A DNA stretch of 64,000 bases from the NCBI GenBank assembly GCA_973895155.1, contig OZ316899.1, positions 6,017,241 through 6,081,240 on the forward strand, in the 5' to 3' direction. The DNA comes from Marsupella aquatica (lineage: Eukaryota > Plantae > Marchantiophyta). A program made the position numbers and the translations under genes. Positions within the stretch are counted from its first letter, which is position 1, and the number at the start of each line of letters is the position of its first letter. This document shows, piece by piece, positions 61,001-64,000 of this stretch. The notes under the pieces are model-generated. The model was not told where the DNA came from and made no database searches. It saw only the letters and a list, made by a program, of their open reading frames with translations.

Positions 61001-64000
61001 AATACTGCGGCTTGTTTCTTGAGCCGCTCCATTTGGTTGTCGGCCCGCCGTTGTAAGTTCTCCATCTTCCTTGTGCTTTCCTCCAATTCCTCCTGCGTTT
61101 CATCTAGGTCCTTATGCGCCTCCTCCAGCTCCTTCTGGGCTTCCTCCAATTCCTTCCTTAAGGTAGCCCTCTCTTCCTGGGTTGCTCTCAGCTCCTTGTC
61201 AAGCTCCGTTACGACCATCTGGTTCATCTTGGCGTAAGTCTGATCGAGTTGGTTGTCCTTCTCACGCAGGTTGGCCTTGAAGCTGGCCGTCAGGGATGCA
61301 AGCTCTTGCTGCATCACAATAATCCCTTGATAGGATCTCCCTAACTCGGCCTCCTTCTGCTCAAGGGCTCCGCAAATATCCTTGTGCTCCCCCTTCAACG
61401 CCCTCTCCTTCCTCTATGTCTCCGCCATGGCCCGATTGTTGGTTGCTATGTGGGCCTCCTCTATGTCCTTCAGCTCTCGCTTCCACTTCTCCTTTTCCTT
61501 GACCGTGTCGGCCAACTCTCCTTGGGTCCGAGTCAGTTTATCTTTGATAATATGATTATTAGACTGAGCGGTATCCAGTTGCCCCTGCATGATGTTTAGC
61601 TCATGCCGCTTAATCCGCAGCTCATCTTGGGCTTTCTTGGCCACCTTAAGGTCTTCTGCCTCGGCTTCCTTCTCCCTAAGCCGTCAGATGACCTTGTCCT
61701 TCTTCCTCCTCTCCAAAGCCACCGCTTCCTCCAATTGGCTTTTTTCCAACATCTCTCTCTGGAAAAAAGGTCCACGCTCCAACTCCTCCCCAAAGATGCT
61801 GAGCGCAAGTTCCCCACACATCTCCCCATACTCCATGGCTCTTTCTTGTGCATAGGTGGAGTGAGTAGTAGTCATCAGCATCACCCATCGCGGCCTTGTT
61901 CCCAAGCCGCCTTTCGGATCTCTTCTATCGTGATTGGTGGGCTGCTTTGTCTTTTTGCAAGCCGTCGGATGTCCTCTGGCCATTCTCCCCCAAGTAAATC
62001 CTTCTCCTTGGCCAGGGTTGCCTCCTCTTCTTCCCTGAGTCGCTCCTGAAACTCCTGTGCCGTTTGTTTTATCCCGTCAAATCTCGGGGGAGCAACATCT
62101 GGTGGGGGAGACTTGGGGCTGCTCTACTGGGTGGGGTCCCCTCAAACTACTCTAGGAAGCATGGGGATGAAATGGCCACAGGTCCTTACTCCTGGGACAT
62201 GATGGTCCGACCCGTAGCCGGAGTCGTCATTGCCGTAGTCCTCCACCACCTCCTCCCCGACTTGGACTACTGGCTCCCCCCGTTCTTCTCCTGATCTTGC
62301 TGCAAACGTGGCCCCCTGCCAAACACAGCTCACGGGTCCTGGTTCCTCCTCTGGCTTTTAGGCTGATCTCTCCTTCTCCCTATCATGACCAGGAGCTTTG
62401 GGCTGCTCTCCCTCGGCTTCTGGACTCGCGGCTCCCACATACATTCAAACCCCCAGCTCGTGTTCCGGCATCCTTCTTTCCTTAGCTCCGGTAAAGGGGT
62501 TTTCCCTTGTGAGTCGGCTTAGGCCTACCTCTTGAGCAGTGTCTTGTACCGGTGCCATTGCCGTTGCAACCCTCTTTTCCTTTTCCAGCAATTTCAGAAG
62601 ATTCTGCATGCTTGGTTGCTGCATCGGCAAGTTTTCCGTCCTTGGCCTAAACCCTTGCTCGATCGTAGGACTGCTGGGCTGGTTGGGTTTCTCTGCTGCC
62701 GGCCTCTAGTCCAAAACCTCCTTTGGTGCCCTTGCCTGCAGGGGAAGTACTAGGGCAAAGATCTGACTTCGGGCATACCGGCACAACAGCGGCATGTGAT
62801 AGCCAAGCCGAGACACACTTCCCTTGCCAATCACCTGTTGTTCCTCCTTCAAGATCTTCTTCAGTTGGATCACCCAACCTGCGGCCGTTTTATCCCCACA
62901 CTTCCAAGAGTGGTGCGTGGGGATCCACAACATCAGAAGAGCCCAGAGTCTCCCCCACTGGACATACCTCCTCCAAATTACGATGAGAGACAATAGGCTG
63001 ATCACGAGTTGCAGCGGCAATTCAGTGAACTGGAGGAAGCAACCCTGGCCAAGGAGAAGGATTTTCCAGGTAGAGGATGGCCAGAGGACATTTGGCGTCT
63101 TGCAGGGACTCAAGTCGGGCCTTTGCCCATGTTTGATGAGATACTGAGGGCGGCTTGGGAAAGAAGGCCGCATTGGGAGATGTTGGCATCTCCTAACCAC
63201 TGCACCTATGCATGTTCCAAAACCCTGGAGTATGGGAGGATGTGCGGGCTACTTGCCCTTGACATCTTTGGGGTAGAATTGGAGATGGGGCCTTTCATCC
63301 ACAAAGAGATGTTGGAGAAAAGCCGGTTGGAGTACGCACTGGCCTTGGAGAGGATGAAGAAAGAGGAAGTCATTTGGTGGCTAAGAGAGAAGGAAGCCAA
63401 GTCCGGAGATTTAAAGGCGGCCAAGCAGGCCCAGGACAAGCTACGATTTAGGAAGCATGAGATAAGCACCATGCAAGGGCAACTAGCCCAGACTCAGGAA
63501 GATTTGGCCAAAGCCCTCAAGGAGAACGAGAAGTGGCAGTAGGAGCTGAAGAAGGCAGAGGTAGCTCACATAATGGCCTGCAACAAAGCCATGACCGAGG
63601 CCTAGAGGAAGGAGCGAGCAGTGAAGGATGGGATCGAAGAATGCCGCAAGGCCCTCCATCAAAAGAAAGGCAAACTTGATGAGACCTACAGGGGCATCAA
63701 CAAGTTAAAAAGAAGACCTTGAGGACCTATCGGCCAACTTTCAAGCCGAGCTACGTAAGAAGGATGACATGCTTGATCAAACCTATGAGAAAATGAATAA
63801 GATCGAGTTTGATGTCGTCCATGAGCTCAACGCGGAGCTAAAAGCAACCCAAGAGGAGAGGGCGGCCTTACGAAAGGAGTTGGACGAGAACATAGCAAAG
63901 TTGGAGCAAGCCCGTGGGGATTTAGATGAGACCCTGGTGGAATTGGAGGACGCCACCCAGAAAATAGAAAATCTGCAGAGGCGGGCGGACAACCAAACTG
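58092..64000 (+). mobile_element. Family A element copy 3 (5' part 58092-59587, resumes ~62869, runs off the window end)
   Basis: Starts TGTGATGCCTAGCCAGGAATCACT like copy 2; ORFs 58375, 59003 and 63009 match the family-A gene. Confidence 0.88.
59588..62868 (-). mobile_element. Family A element copy 4 (3' portion), nested in inverted orientation in copy 3
   Basis: Terminus tgcaatgcatcccatggctcc matches tgtggtgcgtcccatggctcc of copy 2; collinear with 42157-45460; other end missing. Confidence 0.9.

Overview
Eukaryotic, most likely non-seed land-plant (inference), heterochromatin-type DNA made almost entirely of nested, decaying transposons; no intact housekeeping gene is evident. Main contents: (i) three CACTA/En-Spm TnpD transposase remnants, a TnpA-like gene and a pair of 32-bp CACTA TIRs; (ii) a Ty3/gypsy element (37975-47974, minus strand) with ~850-bp LTRs, 4-bp TSD, PBS, PPT and gag-protease, but with RT/RNase H deleted; (iii) seven copies of two families (A, B) of 4-5 kb elements with TG..CA ends, four of them with perfect 5-bp TSDs. 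They have no gag, pol or transposase but each carries one long degenerate gene (PMD-like motif plus coiled coil), so they look like giant gene-bearing solo LTRs. (iv) A set of transposon-associated chromatin/ubiquitin cargo (pseudo)genes: EDM2-like PHD fingers preceded by a histone-H3-tail-like N-terminus (MARTKHKARK), a CACTA-type Zn motif spliced to a SET domain, a Ulp1 SUMO protease, an RPA1-C-like OB fold and four related F-box-like ORFs, several of them separated by clusters of a palindromic TCGGCGA-NNN-TCGCCGA motif. All domain calls are by-eye motif recognition, not database searches.
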